A stretch of DNA of 64,000 bases from a virus: positions 73,044 to 137,043 of the IMG/VR virus record IMGVR_UViG_3300017593_000402; one strand, 5' to 3'. The notes beneath the pieces are model-generated. The model did not search any database, was not told where the DNA came from, and was given only the letters and a program-made list of their open reading frames with translations. The translations under genes were made by a program, and so were the position numbers. Below are positions 9,905 through 19,635 of this stretch, piece by piece; the first letter of the stretch is position 1, and every line of letters begins with the position of its first letter.

Positions 9905-10342
9905 ATGGCTACTATTAACGGGCTTGGCGGACACTCGGCTGCGGTCCCTTTTAAGGGATCAGGAGCAGCCTTTGTATTGGAAAATATAATTGATTTGGAT
10001 GCTCTTAACATAGCTAGCGGCGATGTTGTACAGGCTCTCCCTGTTAAAGCAGGAATGAGAATTCTTCTTGTTGAAACTGAAATTGTTACTCCTTCAGACG
10101 CTGCTACATCAGCTACGGCTGATATTGGAGATGGAGATGATACTGATGGTTTTGACGCTTCTGTGGACCTCAAAGCAAGTGCGGGCACTATAGTATGTAC
10201 TGCTATAGGCACAGATGCTTATGGTACGTCTGGGAAACGCTATACAGGCTCAGACACTATTGACCTTACTGTTACGTATTCTGGTGCTGTTACTGTGAAA
10301 GGTAAGGTAAAAATTCGGGCACTTGGCTTTATGATGGAATAA
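9905..10342 (+). CDS. Capsid decoration/minor head protein
   Basis: Follows the capsid gene and precedes a strong terminator; beta-rich. Confidence 0.6.
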   Translation: MATINGLGGHSAAVPFKGSGAAFVLENIIDLDALNIASGDVVQALPVKAGMRILLVETEIVTPSDAATSATADIGDGDDTDGFDASVDLKASAGTIVCTAIGTDAYGTSGKRYTGSDTIDLTVTYSGAVTVKGKVKIRALGFMME

Positions 10343-10345
10343 GAT

Positions 10346-10369
10346 AAAGGGGGCTTAGTGCCCCCTTTT
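10346..10369 (+). terminator. Rho-independent terminator
   Basis: AAAGGGGGC-TTAGT-GCCCCCTTTT hairpin. Confidence 0.8.
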
Positions 10370-10388
10370 ATTAGGTTTGGAGGTAGGG

Positions 10389-10589
10389 ATGCGCAAGTTA
10401 AAACAGATTACAACAGGGCGAATTTATATTTACACTGAAGCCTTAGCTAAACGTAAAGATATGGTCTTGATTGAAGATTCTCCAAAACCGAAGAAAGTTA
10501 AAAGAAAAGTGAACAAAAAAGTGAAAAAGACTGATGATAAACTTTTTAATGAACTTTTGCTAGATTCAAAAGAAGATGAACAGAAGTGA
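10389..10589 (+). CDS. Small hypothetical protein
   Basis: ATG after GGAGG; overlaps the next gene. Confidence 0.6.
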   Translation: MRKLKQITTGRIYIYTEALAKRKDMVLIEDSPKPKKVKRKVNKKVKKTDDKLFNELLLDSKEDEQK

Positions 10590-11196
10590 GCTTGTTCAAA
10601 GAGTAAGAGAGCTTTTGTTTGACACAGAAATTCCTTATCTGTGGGGAGATTCTGATTTGGAGTTTTATTATTATCTTTCTGTAAGGGAGATGTGCCGACG
10701 CACTCTTCTTTACAGAAAGACTTTTGATCCTATTTTGTCTGTGGCCAATCAGTATATATATGATTATCCAAATCAGCTTATTTTGCCTTTAGAAATTACT
10801 TACGACGGAAATGATTTGACTAAGATTGATTATAACAGAATAAAATCCGTTCGTGGCACTGTAGGCACAGTTAAGTATTATTGCTTGGATTTTGCTCCTA
10901 AACAGATTGTTCTTCATATGACACCAAGCGAATCTGATAAGGAAATAGTTATTTATGGAGCTGCGATTCCAGATTCTAAGGCTATTGAATCAGCTATTCC
11001 AGATGAATATACTGATTATTTAATATATGGAATGTTAATGTTTGCTTTTCAGAAAGCGGATTCTGAAACAGTTAGCCCGTTTGCTGCTAAGTATGAAACT
11101 TTGTGGAATGCGTATATTGAAAAAATTAATCGAGAATTAGACAGGAACAAGTATGTTCCTTTATCCCAAACTCTTGTGCATCCTGGTTTGTTGTGA
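10576..11196 (+). CDS. Head-tail adaptor-like protein
   Basis: VRELLFD..YLWGDSDL N terminus and IPDEYTDYLIYG motif; post-capsid position. Confidence 0.6.
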   Translation: MNRSELVQRVRELLFDTEIPYLWGDSDLEFYYYLSVREMCRRTLLYRKTFDPILSVANQYIYDYPNQLILPLEITYDGNDLTKIDYNRIKSVRGTVGTVKYYCLDFAPKQIVLHMTPSESDKEIVIYGAAIPDSKAIESAIPDEYTDYLIYGMLMFAFQKADSETVSPFAAKYETLWNAYIEKINRELDRNKYVPLSQTLVHPGLL

Positions 11197-11894
11197 AACC
11201 ATTATTTCAAACAGAGTTGTTTTTAGGAGAAGTACAAACTACTCCTAAATTTGTGGTGGTGTCTAGAAAGACACCTCTTCCTCTTTTAATTAATGGCTTG
11301 CCTACCGATTCGGGTTCTCTCAAGGCTCAGGATTTAACAGGATTGCAATTTGTTGGAGAAGCACACGCTCCGCCTTTGTCTTTACTTTTTGTCTGTTTAG
11401 GTAGGCAATGGAAAGTAGAAGGTAATCGTCTTTACTATAGTCCTCCTTTTACTTCTCTAAACTTAGAAGGCGGAGAGCATTATGAGGATGACTCTACAAA
11501 GGCTATTACTTTTAATCATTTAATAAATGCTGTAAGCATAAGCCCTACTGGGTTGGTATGCAAATGGGCTTTATATGTATCGACTACAGAAGCTGTTTAT
11601 GAGATAAAATTTCAGGGTACTAAGCCTTTGATTCAGAGAATAATTAGTTCTCCAGCTTTAGGTTCTATAGGTGTAGGCGTTCTGGAGAGGCCTATGTCAG
11701 ACAGCCTTCCTTCAGGAACCCAGATAGTTATTATTCCTACGCATAAAGGAATTTTTATTGCTACTGACGGTGGAACACTGCCATTGACTGAGAGACACCC
11801 CAATGTATTGTCAAATTTTGATTATGTACATATTGCCTTTAGTATTAATGATTATGGGCAGTATTTAGTATTTTTAGATGCTTTGAAAAAGTGA
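11193..11894 (+). CDS. Hypothetical structural protein
   Basis: GTGA start/stop coupling with the upstream gene. Confidence 0.55.
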   Translation: MKPLFQTELFLGEVQTTPKFVVVSRKTPLPLLINGLPTDSGSLKAQDLTGLQFVGEAHAPPLSLLFVCLGRQWKVEGNRLYYSPPFTSLNLEGGEHYEDDSTKAITFNHLINAVSISPTGLVCKWALYVSTTEAVYEIKFQGTKPLIQRIISSPALGSIGVGVLERPMSDSLPSGTQIVIIPTHKGIFIATDGGTLPLTERHPNVLSNFDYVHIAFSINDYGQYLVFLDALKK

Positions 11895-11905
11895 AAACGT
11901 TTTCA
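11892..11905. repeat. 14-bp palindrome TGAAAACGTTTTCA
   Basis: Exact copy; overlaps the stop codon of 11193-11894. Confidence 0.95.
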
Positions 11906-11922
11906 TTTTTGGAGGTGATTCA

Positions 11923-12726
11923 ATGGGAAATGTAAAGATTTCAACGGGAATGGCCAAGGCTTTGGCAGTAAGAGACAATTTAAAAAGCTTAATGACAGAT
12001 TGTGTGCTTCAGATATTTAGTGGTTCTGTTCCTAATTCTGCTGATGACGCTGAAACTGGTAGTTTGTTGGTAACTATTACTACTGACGGCAATAGTTGGT
12101 CGGCCAGTGAAAGGCAAGTGATGAATTTTAGCATTACTGCAGTTGGTAACAGTGGAGATACTCTAACAATTACTATCAGCCCTGTAATTCCTTCTGGTAC
12201 TAATGAAGTTATTCAATATACTAAGTCTGATTCTGAATCTACAGTAAATGAAGTAGCCAAAGCGGTAGTCGATTTAATAAATGCTAATTCGGAATTAGTT
12301 GATGCCGTTGTAGGTTCAAATGGTGAAGTTATTTTAGTATCCAAATATGCAGGGGATAGTTTTTCTGTGACTGCTGTGCCTAGTGGAAGTTTGACTGTAA
12401 GTGCTGTGAGTGAATTGGTAACAAATGTTAGAGGAAATGGTTTGCATTTTGAGTCTCCACAAAATGTGGACAATGGTATACTTCAAAAAACTGATGAGAC
12501 TTGGAAAGGAACAGTGTCTGCGTCAGGCACTGCTTCTTATTTTAGATTAAAAGCTATTACAGATGCTGGGGCACAGGATAGTTCTGGTGTTTATAAGAGA
12601 ATTCAAGGTACAGTGGGGACTTTGTCTGATTCACCTTTGCAATTGTCTGGAAGTTCTACACTAACTAAAGATACGACAATAACAATAGGCTCGTTTTCTA
12701 TACAAATTCCTTTGGCTAATGCTTAA
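11923..12726 (+). CDS. Virion structural protein (paralog of 14458-15309)
   Basis: Shared motifs ISTG..IFSGSVPNSADDAETG..GTASYFRL..RIQGTVGT. Confidence 0.65.
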   Translation: MGNVKISTGMAKALAVRDNLKSLMTDCVLQIFSGSVPNSADDAETGSLLVTITTDGNSWSASERQVMNFSITAVGNSGDTLTITISPVIPSGTNEVIQYTKSDSESTVNEVAKAVVDLINANSELVDAVVGSNGEVILVSKYAGDSFSVTAVPSGSLTVSAVSELVTNVRGNGLHFESPQNVDNGILQKTDETWKGTVSASGTASYFRLKAITDAGAQDSSGVYKRIQGTVGTLSDSPLQLSGSSTLTKDTTITIGSFSIQIPLANA

Positions 12727-14446
12727 AAAGATTTTATTTGGCTCTAAAGCGTATGAATATCTGCCTTTGGCTAGGCATTTATGGAATAAAATGCCTGAAG
12801 GCAAAAAGTCTTATAGGTTTTCTGGAGTGTATATTGATTTAGCCAAAGGCATTAATAATTATATTCGTATACGAACGGTTGAAGCTAAAGAAGAAGCCAT
12901 TTGTTTGTTTGCAACTTATAAATATGACATGTTTGCTAATTATTCTCTTTCAATTTGGAGAGTAGATTTGCATGGCAATTTAGATATTTTGTTGCTACCT
13001 GATACTAGCATTAGAAAGATTAAGAATGGACATCCTGGCGATGTGGCTTGTGGAAGATTTAACCATGACAATCCTTCAGAGTTTATTCTCTGCATTCAGG
13101 ATTCTTCTGTTTTTTATACTACTCTTAACTATGTTGAAGGAACATACAGGGACTGCCTTGAAGATGTACGAGGAGAAGCTTATCAATATTTTTTTAAGGT
13201 GTTATGTGATTTTAAGTCGATGACTATCAATTGTTCTCAGATGACTAAAATTAAATATTATGATTATTATTCTCATTTTGGTTGTTATCCAGATTGTAAT
13301 ATTTATTACCCACCAGGTAGTTGGGAATTTAGGTGGAGTTCTGAGAAATGTGAGGGAGAGAAATCCTGGACTAGAGATTCTATTTTTGACATATTTGTTA
13401 ATAACGATGGTATAAAAAGATTATTAAGTTCTACTTATTATATGTATCAATGGAACCCTGTTCAACAAAGATGGAACATACCTCAACAAGAAACTCCTCC
13501 GTCTGAATCTAGGCGTGGACATGAAGTTATTCGCAGATTTATCCATTACGAAGGTGGTAATCAAATTTCATTAGAAGACACAGACCGTTACTCTTATAGT
13601 TATAGGAAATGGGGTGGAGATTCTTATTATTTTGGGTGGAAGTTTATTGATCCTCAAAATCTTATTCAAGATGTATATAATTGTAAGGTTATTAATTCAA
13701 AAGCATTTGTTTATTTCAGAAATGATATTGGTGATTCTGCTCATGTACAAATTCGGGTAACTGATAGTAAATATGGAGACTCTGGTGTTCTTGCTAATTT
13801 GACAGTACCTTATGAACCAAAGTACTATGGTAGAGAACATGGAGGTAATTATCCAGTTTATCCGACTATCACTTTGCTTCGAGACGAAGGAATATCTCTT
13901 ACTATTGATGCTCGGTTTGTGTCTTTGTTTTCGTGGGCTTTTCATGATTTTCTATCATATAGTTTTTGGGTTGGTAGTTTTGCTGATTCTTTGGAAGATA
14001 ATAATTCTCTATTTGAAAGCCATAATACATGGTTAACTGGCTTTCCTAATCCTTTTAACAAAAAGGAATATTTTGGAATTTGGTATAGTGATGTTCCTGA
14101 TTTTGGAAATGGCGGGCTGGGTTGGTCCGATCCTTATTTTTGGGATGGATTTTTTTGTATTCCTTTTTCTAGTTGGGATGCAAAAATCTCAGGATGGCAT
14201 GAAATCAGACCTGTTAAAAAAGAAAACTTTGCTCCATCGCTTTTAAGTCCTTATTTTAGAAATACAATTATTGTTCCTACTCGTCCTTTTAAAGGTTTTT
14301 ATGCCAAAGGGTCTGAACCTACGGCTGATTGGGATGCTAATATTTTGTTAGATGCAACAGTTGTGCAATCAAAAAACGGAAAAGTATATGTAAACGGTGA
14401 TATGAAAAAGAATTCAGTAGATAAAACTAAATTACAAATAAAATAG
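12719..14446 (+). CDS. Hypothetical aromatic-rich tail-region protein
   Basis: 575-aa ORF overlapping its upstream neighbour. Confidence 0.6.
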   Translation: MLKKILFGSKAYEYLPLARHLWNKMPEGKKSYRFSGVYIDLAKGINNYIRIRTVEAKEEAICLFATYKYDMFANYSLSIWRVDLHGNLDILLLPDTSIRKIKNGHPGDVACGRFNHDNPSEFILCIQDSSVFYTTLNYVEGTYRDCLEDVRGEAYQYFFKVLCDFKSMTINCSQMTKIKYYDYYSHFGCYPDCNIYYPPGSWEFRWSSEKCEGEKSWTRDSIFDIFVNNDGIKRLLSSTYYMYQWNPVQQRWNIPQQETPPSESRRGHEVIRRFIHYEGGNQISLEDTDRYSYSYRKWGGDSYYFGWKFIDPQNLIQDVYNCKVINSKAFVYFRNDIGDSAHVQIRVTDSKYGDSGVLANLTVPYEPKYYGREHGGNYPVYPTITLLRDEGISLTIDARFVSLFSWAFHDFLSYSFWVGSFADSLEDNNSLFESHNTWLTGFPNPFNKKEYFGIWYSDVPDFGNGGLGWSDPYFWDGFFCIPFSSWDAKISGWHEIRPVKKENFAPSLLSPYFRNTIIVPTRPFKGFYAKGSEPTADWDANILLDATVVQSKNGKVYVNGDMKKNSVDKTKLQIK

Positions 14447-14457
14447 GAGGGTGTTCT

Positions 14458-15309
14458 ATGGCTCTTAGATTTTCAACTGGTTTGAAAAACATTTTATTGG
14501 GACTTACTAGGGATTCAGTAGAAAATGGCAGTTTTACATCAGATACCAGTGGTTGGAGTGCAATAGACGCAACTTTGGCTTCTGTGTCTGGGGGACAAGA
14601 TGGTAATTGTTTACAAATAACTAATAATACTTCTGCAAAAGGATATGCTTATCAGGCTCAGCAAGTTAAAAATGGGCATAGGTATATGCTAGAGTTGTAT
14701 CACAAAAACGGTACTGGTCAGGGTTTTGTTAAAGTTGGAACATCGCCAAATGATGGTACATTTATTGACCTAGCTGCTCTAGACGATTCTGACTGGACTA
14801 AGTATTATTTTTTGATAGAAAGTAACATACAAGGAAGCATTTATGTGACATTAGGTGTAGATGATGATACTTCTGGGCATACTACTCTTTTTGACGAAGT
14901 CAAATTTATATGGGAAGCCTCTTCTATTAAAGAAATTTTTAAGAATTCGAAATTGATTATTTATACGGGTTCGCAGCCTGCTAGTGCGGATGATGCTCCT
15001 ACTGGAACTAAATTAGTTGAGATTACCAAAAATGGTTCTGGAAACTTTGATCTAGAGTTTGATGAGGCTGATGATGGTTCTATTAATAAAATTCCAGGCG
15101 ACAATTGGAGTGGTCAAGCTATAAGTAGTGGAACTGCTGGGTGGTTTCGGTTATTAGTTAATGGCGACACTGAAGTATATAATACTAATGATCCTCGTAT
15201 AGATGGGGCTGTAGGTACGAGTAATGCCGAGTTAATTATGGCAGATACTAATATAGTAACTGATTCAGTTCAAACTATTTCAGTTTTTAGGTTGAGTGTT
15301 TCTGTCTAA
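14458..15309 (+). CDS. Virion structural protein with inserted carbohydrate-binding-like domain
   Basis: Paralog core plus VENGSF..SGW...LFDEVKF insert. Confidence 0.65.
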   Translation: MALRFSTGLKNILLGLTRDSVENGSFTSDTSGWSAIDATLASVSGGQDGNCLQITNNTSAKGYAYQAQQVKNGHRYMLELYHKNGTGQGFVKVGTSPNDGTFIDLAALDDSDWTKYYFLIESNIQGSIYVTLGVDDDTSGHTTLFDEVKFIWEASSIKEIFKNSKLIIYTGSQPASADDAPTGTKLVEITKNGSGNFDLEFDEADDGSINKIPGDNWSGQAISSGTAGWFRLLVNGDTEVYNTNDPRIDGAVGTSNAELIMADTNIVTDSVQTISVFRLSVSV

Positions 15310-17639
15310 TGGGCGTTAAAGATTCAGTTATTTTTGGTGCTAGTAGCTACAAAACTTCTGGCGGTGCAACCTCTATGGGAGGTTTGTACTACAATGGGTA
15401 TATTTATGTTTTAGGTTTTAATCCTGATGAAAACACTGTTTATTTAACTAAATCAGATGTAGCAGGAAATAGGCTGTGGGAACTACCTTTCTATAGTTCT
15501 GAAACTTGGTATGCTGGTGATGGTTACGATGCAGGTGCTCCTCTTATTTGTAACGGCAGAATTTATTACAAAAATCAAATAAATAATACTATTTGTTGGG
15601 TACCTTTTTCTGATCCTATAATACCAAATCAGACTTCTACTAAAATATTGGATTGTGGTGGAGCTGAAACTGATTATCATTCAGTAGGGCACAAATATTG
15701 GTTTGGGAATTTGATTAAAGGAGAATATATTTTTCATATAGAGCGTGATGCGCATACTATTTTAGTTACTGATTTAGATGGAAATTTTATTGGGAGATTT
15801 GGAGAATATGGAACCGATTTAGGACAATTTACGTATCCTAGTTGGGCTATGTATTATCCTCCAGATCGTATTTATACTTGTGAGCTTTCTCCTGGGAGGA
15901 AGGTTACAGAATGGAGGGTAGAATCATGGCAAGACCCTTTTATTATAACACCTGTAGCTATAAGGTTAGATTTTAGAGAAAGCGGTCATGCTTACGATCG
16001 TTTAGGGGGATGTGCTTATAGAAATAATCAATTTTTTCTTTTTCATTTTTATCCTGCGTGGATGGGTTTAAGTTTCTATCGAATAGAAGAAGATTTTTCT
16101 TTAGTTTATGATTCATCAGTTAAAATAACTTACCCTGGAGTGTCTTATAACACTTATTATGGTTTAGGTGTTTTTGCAGATGATACCAAAGTCGTGTGTT
16201 TTCCCAATCGAGGCGGAAGTGTTTGGGCTTTTGCTGGGACTATTACTGCTATAGAAAACGGCTTGGACGAAGATTTTTCAGTTGACATTTATGCTATGAT
16301 TTCTGGGGTAGGCATAGATGTCAATTTTTCTTTGGAAAGTGGTATTCCCCAGGCATTTGGAGATTTAAATTTTGAATTAACTGCCGAAGGATATATTCAA
16401 CAGAATGCTTTTGATGAAAAGTTTTTCTTTTCTGCTGAGGCTTTATGTGGTCATTATGATATGATCGCTGACTTCGGTTTTAATTTGGTTAGTGGGGAGT
16501 ACGGTGTTAGAGATACATTTGGGTTTGATTTATTTGCTAGCCAGAATCATTTAGAAGAATTATTTGGTTTTGAACTTTATACTGAAACTTCTATAACTAA
16601 ATTTTCTGAATTGGAAGAAGCTTTTGGTTTTGAATTATTAGGCAGTTCTCCCCATAGTGGAAAGTTATCTTTAGAACTTGAAACTTTTGAATTTCATGGT
16701 TTTGCTGCAACAGATTTAATCGCAGATTGTCAGTTAACACTCGAATCTCTAAATCTCTTTTCATATGAAGGTCTGACCAGTACGTTAATGCTTCCTTCTT
16801 TGGAAGTAAACGCTGCTGTTTTTGTACCAGCTATTGCTAGTGGCAGTCTTGTTTTGTCTGGACCGAGTATTACCTCTACTCTTTCTGTACCTATTTCTGC
16901 TTCTGCGGAACTGAAATTGGAAAATCTAGCAGCGACGGGCCTTGCTCTTATTCACGGACAACTAAATGGAAATTTGATACTGCCTTTGCTGTCCACTCAA
17001 GGTATTATGTCAATGGGAGCATCTGCGGGGCAATTAGAGGTTGTTCTAAACAATGTTCAAATTCAAAGCTGGACCGCAGTAGTTCCTTCTGTAGCAGGTA
17101 CTTTAACTATGCCTGCGGTAGATGTTTTTGCTTCGCAAACTATTGAGTTATATAGTATTTCTGAACTTTATGACGGAACTTCAATAATCCATATCTCTAA
17201 TGGGAGTTATAGCCAAGTAGATTTGTCATCCTTACCTGAGTTAGAGGAAGATTTGTTTGATATTCAGGGAATAGCTATAAATTTGCGAACTACAGCAATT
17301 AGTAAAATAGGTTATCCTTCTGACTATAACGTAATTGATCTTGGGTATTTAGATGTGCATAAAGGAGCAGTCAATGACTACTTAGTATTTTTCTTGTTTG
17401 GTGATATGCCTACTCAAGAAAATTTAGTAGGACGATTAATAGTAGGTGATTATTCTTATGAAATAAAACAATGGATTAGCGAAGGAGAGTGGAGAGTAGT
17501 AGTTGGTAAGGGCATTACTAAGCGATTTTTTAGAGACCCAAGCAAACGCTATCAAAGAGTTATATTGCAATTGAAAAAAGATTTTGAGCTTAAAGGATTA
17601 AGTATTTTAGCTACTCCAAATCCCAGGAGATTACGTTAA
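15309..17639 (+). CDS. Tail-associated protein with NHL/propeller-like N part and repetitive centre
   Basis: GRFGEYGTDLGQFTYP NHL-like motif; repeated FGF(E/D)L and LxLPxL units. Confidence 0.55.
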   Translation: MGVKDSVIFGASSYKTSGGATSMGGLYYNGYIYVLGFNPDENTVYLTKSDVAGNRLWELPFYSSETWYAGDGYDAGAPLICNGRIYYKNQINNTICWVPFSDPIIPNQTSTKILDCGGAETDYHSVGHKYWFGNLIKGEYIFHIERDAHTILVTDLDGNFIGRFGEYGTDLGQFTYPSWAMYYPPDRIYTCELSPGRKVTEWRVESWQDPFIITPVAIRLDFRESGHAYDRLGGCAYRNNQFFLFHFYPAWMGLSFYRIEEDFSLVYDSSVKITYPGVSYNTYYGLGVFADDTKVVCFPNRGGSVWAFAGTITAIENGLDEDFSVDIYAMISGVGIDVNFSLESGIPQAFGDLNFELTAEGYIQQNAFDEKFFFSAEALCGHYDMIADFGFNLVSGEYGVRDTFGFDLFASQNHLEELFGFELYTETSITKFSELEEAFGFELLGSSPHSGKLSLELETFEFHGFAATDLIADCQLTLESLNLFSYEGLTSTLMLPSLEVNAAVFVPAIASGSLVLSGPSITSTLSVPISASAELKLENLAATGLALIHGQLNGNLILPLLSTQGIMSMGASAGQLEVVLNNVQIQSWTAVVPSVAGTLTMPAVDVFASQTIELYSISELYDGTSIIHISNGSYSQVDLSSLPELEEDLFDIQGIAINLRTTAISKIGYPSDYNVIDLGYLDVHKGAVNDYLVFFLFGDMPTQENLVGRLIVGDYSYEIKQWISEGEWRVVVGKGITKRFFRDPSKRYQRVILQLKKDFELKGLSILATPNPRRLR

Positions 17640-19634
17640 ATGAACATCAATGACCTTTTGGGTTTTTATTCATCTATTACTGATACAATTAATTTTGTAA
17701 GTGGAGAAATATCTAGTTTTGCTGAAGAGGTTAGTGATGTAATTAATTTTGATTTTAGTGTGCCAGAGCCAACTGAATTTCCTACGAATTTAACTAGATA
17801 TTCTGACCCATTGGTTGATTTTTCACATTTACCTCAGCTAACTTCAGATTATCCTGATTTTGAGGCGTCTCCTGAAAATTATAAGGCGACAATAACTGAA
17901 TTGCGCCATGCAGTAGATGGTCTTTTAAATACACTCCAAGATATTACGCCTGATTTGGGTTGTTTTGAATTAAATTCTTTACCCGATCCTCCTAATACTG
18001 ATATTAATCCTGATTACCCTTCTTTGACATTGGAGTTTGGGAATATACCTTCTCCTCCAAATATTCCTGACTTAAATATTCCTTCCATACCAAATTTAGA
18101 AGAGATTTCGGTTGCAAAAGAAAAACACGTTGTTGAGGATATAATAAGTTATTTTGAGTCTCTAGCAAATTATATCGGTCAGATCAAACAACTTTTACAG
18201 AATCAGTCAATAGATGTTGATACAGACTTTCCTAATGGGGTAAATATCGCTCCTGCTAAAAAGACTTTAGAAGATTGGTTAGAATGTGATTATAATCCAA
18301 CTATGACTAAATTAACCAATATAGATTTAGACGGCCTTGCTGATGCAGTAGCTGGTACGAATATTGATAGTTACAGATATTATATGCTTCCAGATGGATT
18401 TGTCGAGGCTGTTATGGATTTTGCGGAAAACATAGAAGGACTGGATTTAATACGTAAAGAACCTCTTTCTTATTTAGATTCTTTGAGACTCAGCCGAGAA
18501 ATAGAAGATATATTAGGTGAGGCTACTGTTAGAGGTTTTAACGAGGATGTAATAGATGAAAGAGTAGCCTATGATATTACTTTACACAGAATTCAAACAC
18601 AGCTTGGTCTTACTGAGAAAAAAGGAAAGATACTGTCTTCGTGTAGTGAACAAATGTGGAAGGCTGTTGACAGAAAGCCAAAACTTTATAATCAGTTATC
18701 TACTTGGCTTCTTGTGTCTTATTATTCTCTTGTTGATAATATACTTAAACTATATCAAGTTAAAATTAAAACTATTCAGGAAAGGATAGACTTAGTTGAC
18801 AAAGCTATAAAAGCGAACCAGTCTAGGTTACAAATTCTTTCTGCTTCTGCCTTAAATCTTTTTGCTAATATTGAAACTCAAATTCGTAATTTTGTGTCTA
18901 AATTAAAATCCCAGGTGTTAGAAATTCAAAGCGAAACTTTGATTTCGCAAGCTGATCTTTTAGAATCTCAGGCAATAGTCAAAAAAATTACAGAATATGT
19001 TCAAAAAATAAGAATTACAGAAGCAAAGCTCAAAGAAATTCAGTCAAGACTTAGTTTGTATGAAGTTAAAGCAGGATTATTTGAAAGCCAGCTTCGATTT
19101 GAAGTCTTAAAGAATAATCAAGTAATACTCGAAAACCAGAATAATGTTTTGTCTACGTTAACTCAGTTTATTGATTATGATAAGCTTGTAGAGCAATATA
19201 GGTTACTAGCCAACATACAAGAAGGAAAATTAAGTGTGTTTAATGATTATATTTCTTATTTGATTACAGTAGTATCTAAGCTAACTCAAACACCAAAAGT
19301 GGTTAAACTTAGAGGCAGACTAAAAAACCTCCAAGCACAAATAAACAAATTTTTAGTTCAGAGACAAGCAAAAGATACTGTTATGAATACTTGGCAAGCT
19401 TCTCTTTCTGATCGGTGGACTGTTGATTCTTATGACTATAAAAAATTAATGCAAAAAATAGTTTATGATGCTCAGGCTGCTGTTACTTTTGCTGAAACTC
19501 ATTTAATAGATAGAATGGCCAAGGCTTCTGGGAAATTTAATACTTTAGGAGAGTATTACTCTAAAAAAGTGGCAGGAGCTTTGTCTGCTGCCCATACAGT
19601 TGTTGGAATAACTAACAGGATACTGGAAGGATAA
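17640..19634 (+). CDS. Coiled-coil virion protein
   Basis: Acidic Pro-rich N terminus and long helical C terminus; similar layout to the next gene. Confidence 0.55.
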   Translation: MNINDLLGFYSSITDTINFVSGEISSFAEEVSDVINFDFSVPEPTEFPTNLTRYSDPLVDFSHLPQLTSDYPDFEASPENYKATITELRHAVDGLLNTLQDITPDLGCFELNSLPDPPNTDINPDYPSLTLEFGNIPSPPNIPDLNIPSIPNLEEISVAKEKHVVEDIISYFESLANYIGQIKQLLQNQSIDVDTDFPNGVNIAPAKKTLEDWLECDYNPTMTKLTNIDLDGLADAVAGTNIDSYRYYMLPDGFVEAVMDFAENIEGLDLIRKEPLSYLDSLRLSREIEDILGEATVRGFNEDVIDERVAYDITLHRIQTQLGLTEKKGKILSSCSEQMWKAVDRKPKLYNQLSTWLLVSYYSLVDNILKLYQVKIKTIQERIDLVDKAIKANQSRLQILSASALNLFANIETQIRNFVSKLKSQVLEIQSETLISQADLLESQAIVKKITEYVQKIRITEAKLKEIQSRLSLYEVKAGLFESQLRFEVLKNNQVILENQNNVLSTLTQFIDYDKLVEQYRLLANIQEGKLSVFNDYISYLITVVSKLTQTPKVVKLRGRLKNLQAQINKFLVQRQAKDTVMNTWQASLSDRWTVDSYDYKKLMQKIVYDAQAAVTFAETHLIDRMAKASGKFNTLGEYYSKKVAGALSAAHTVVGITNRILEG

Positions 19635-19635
19635 A

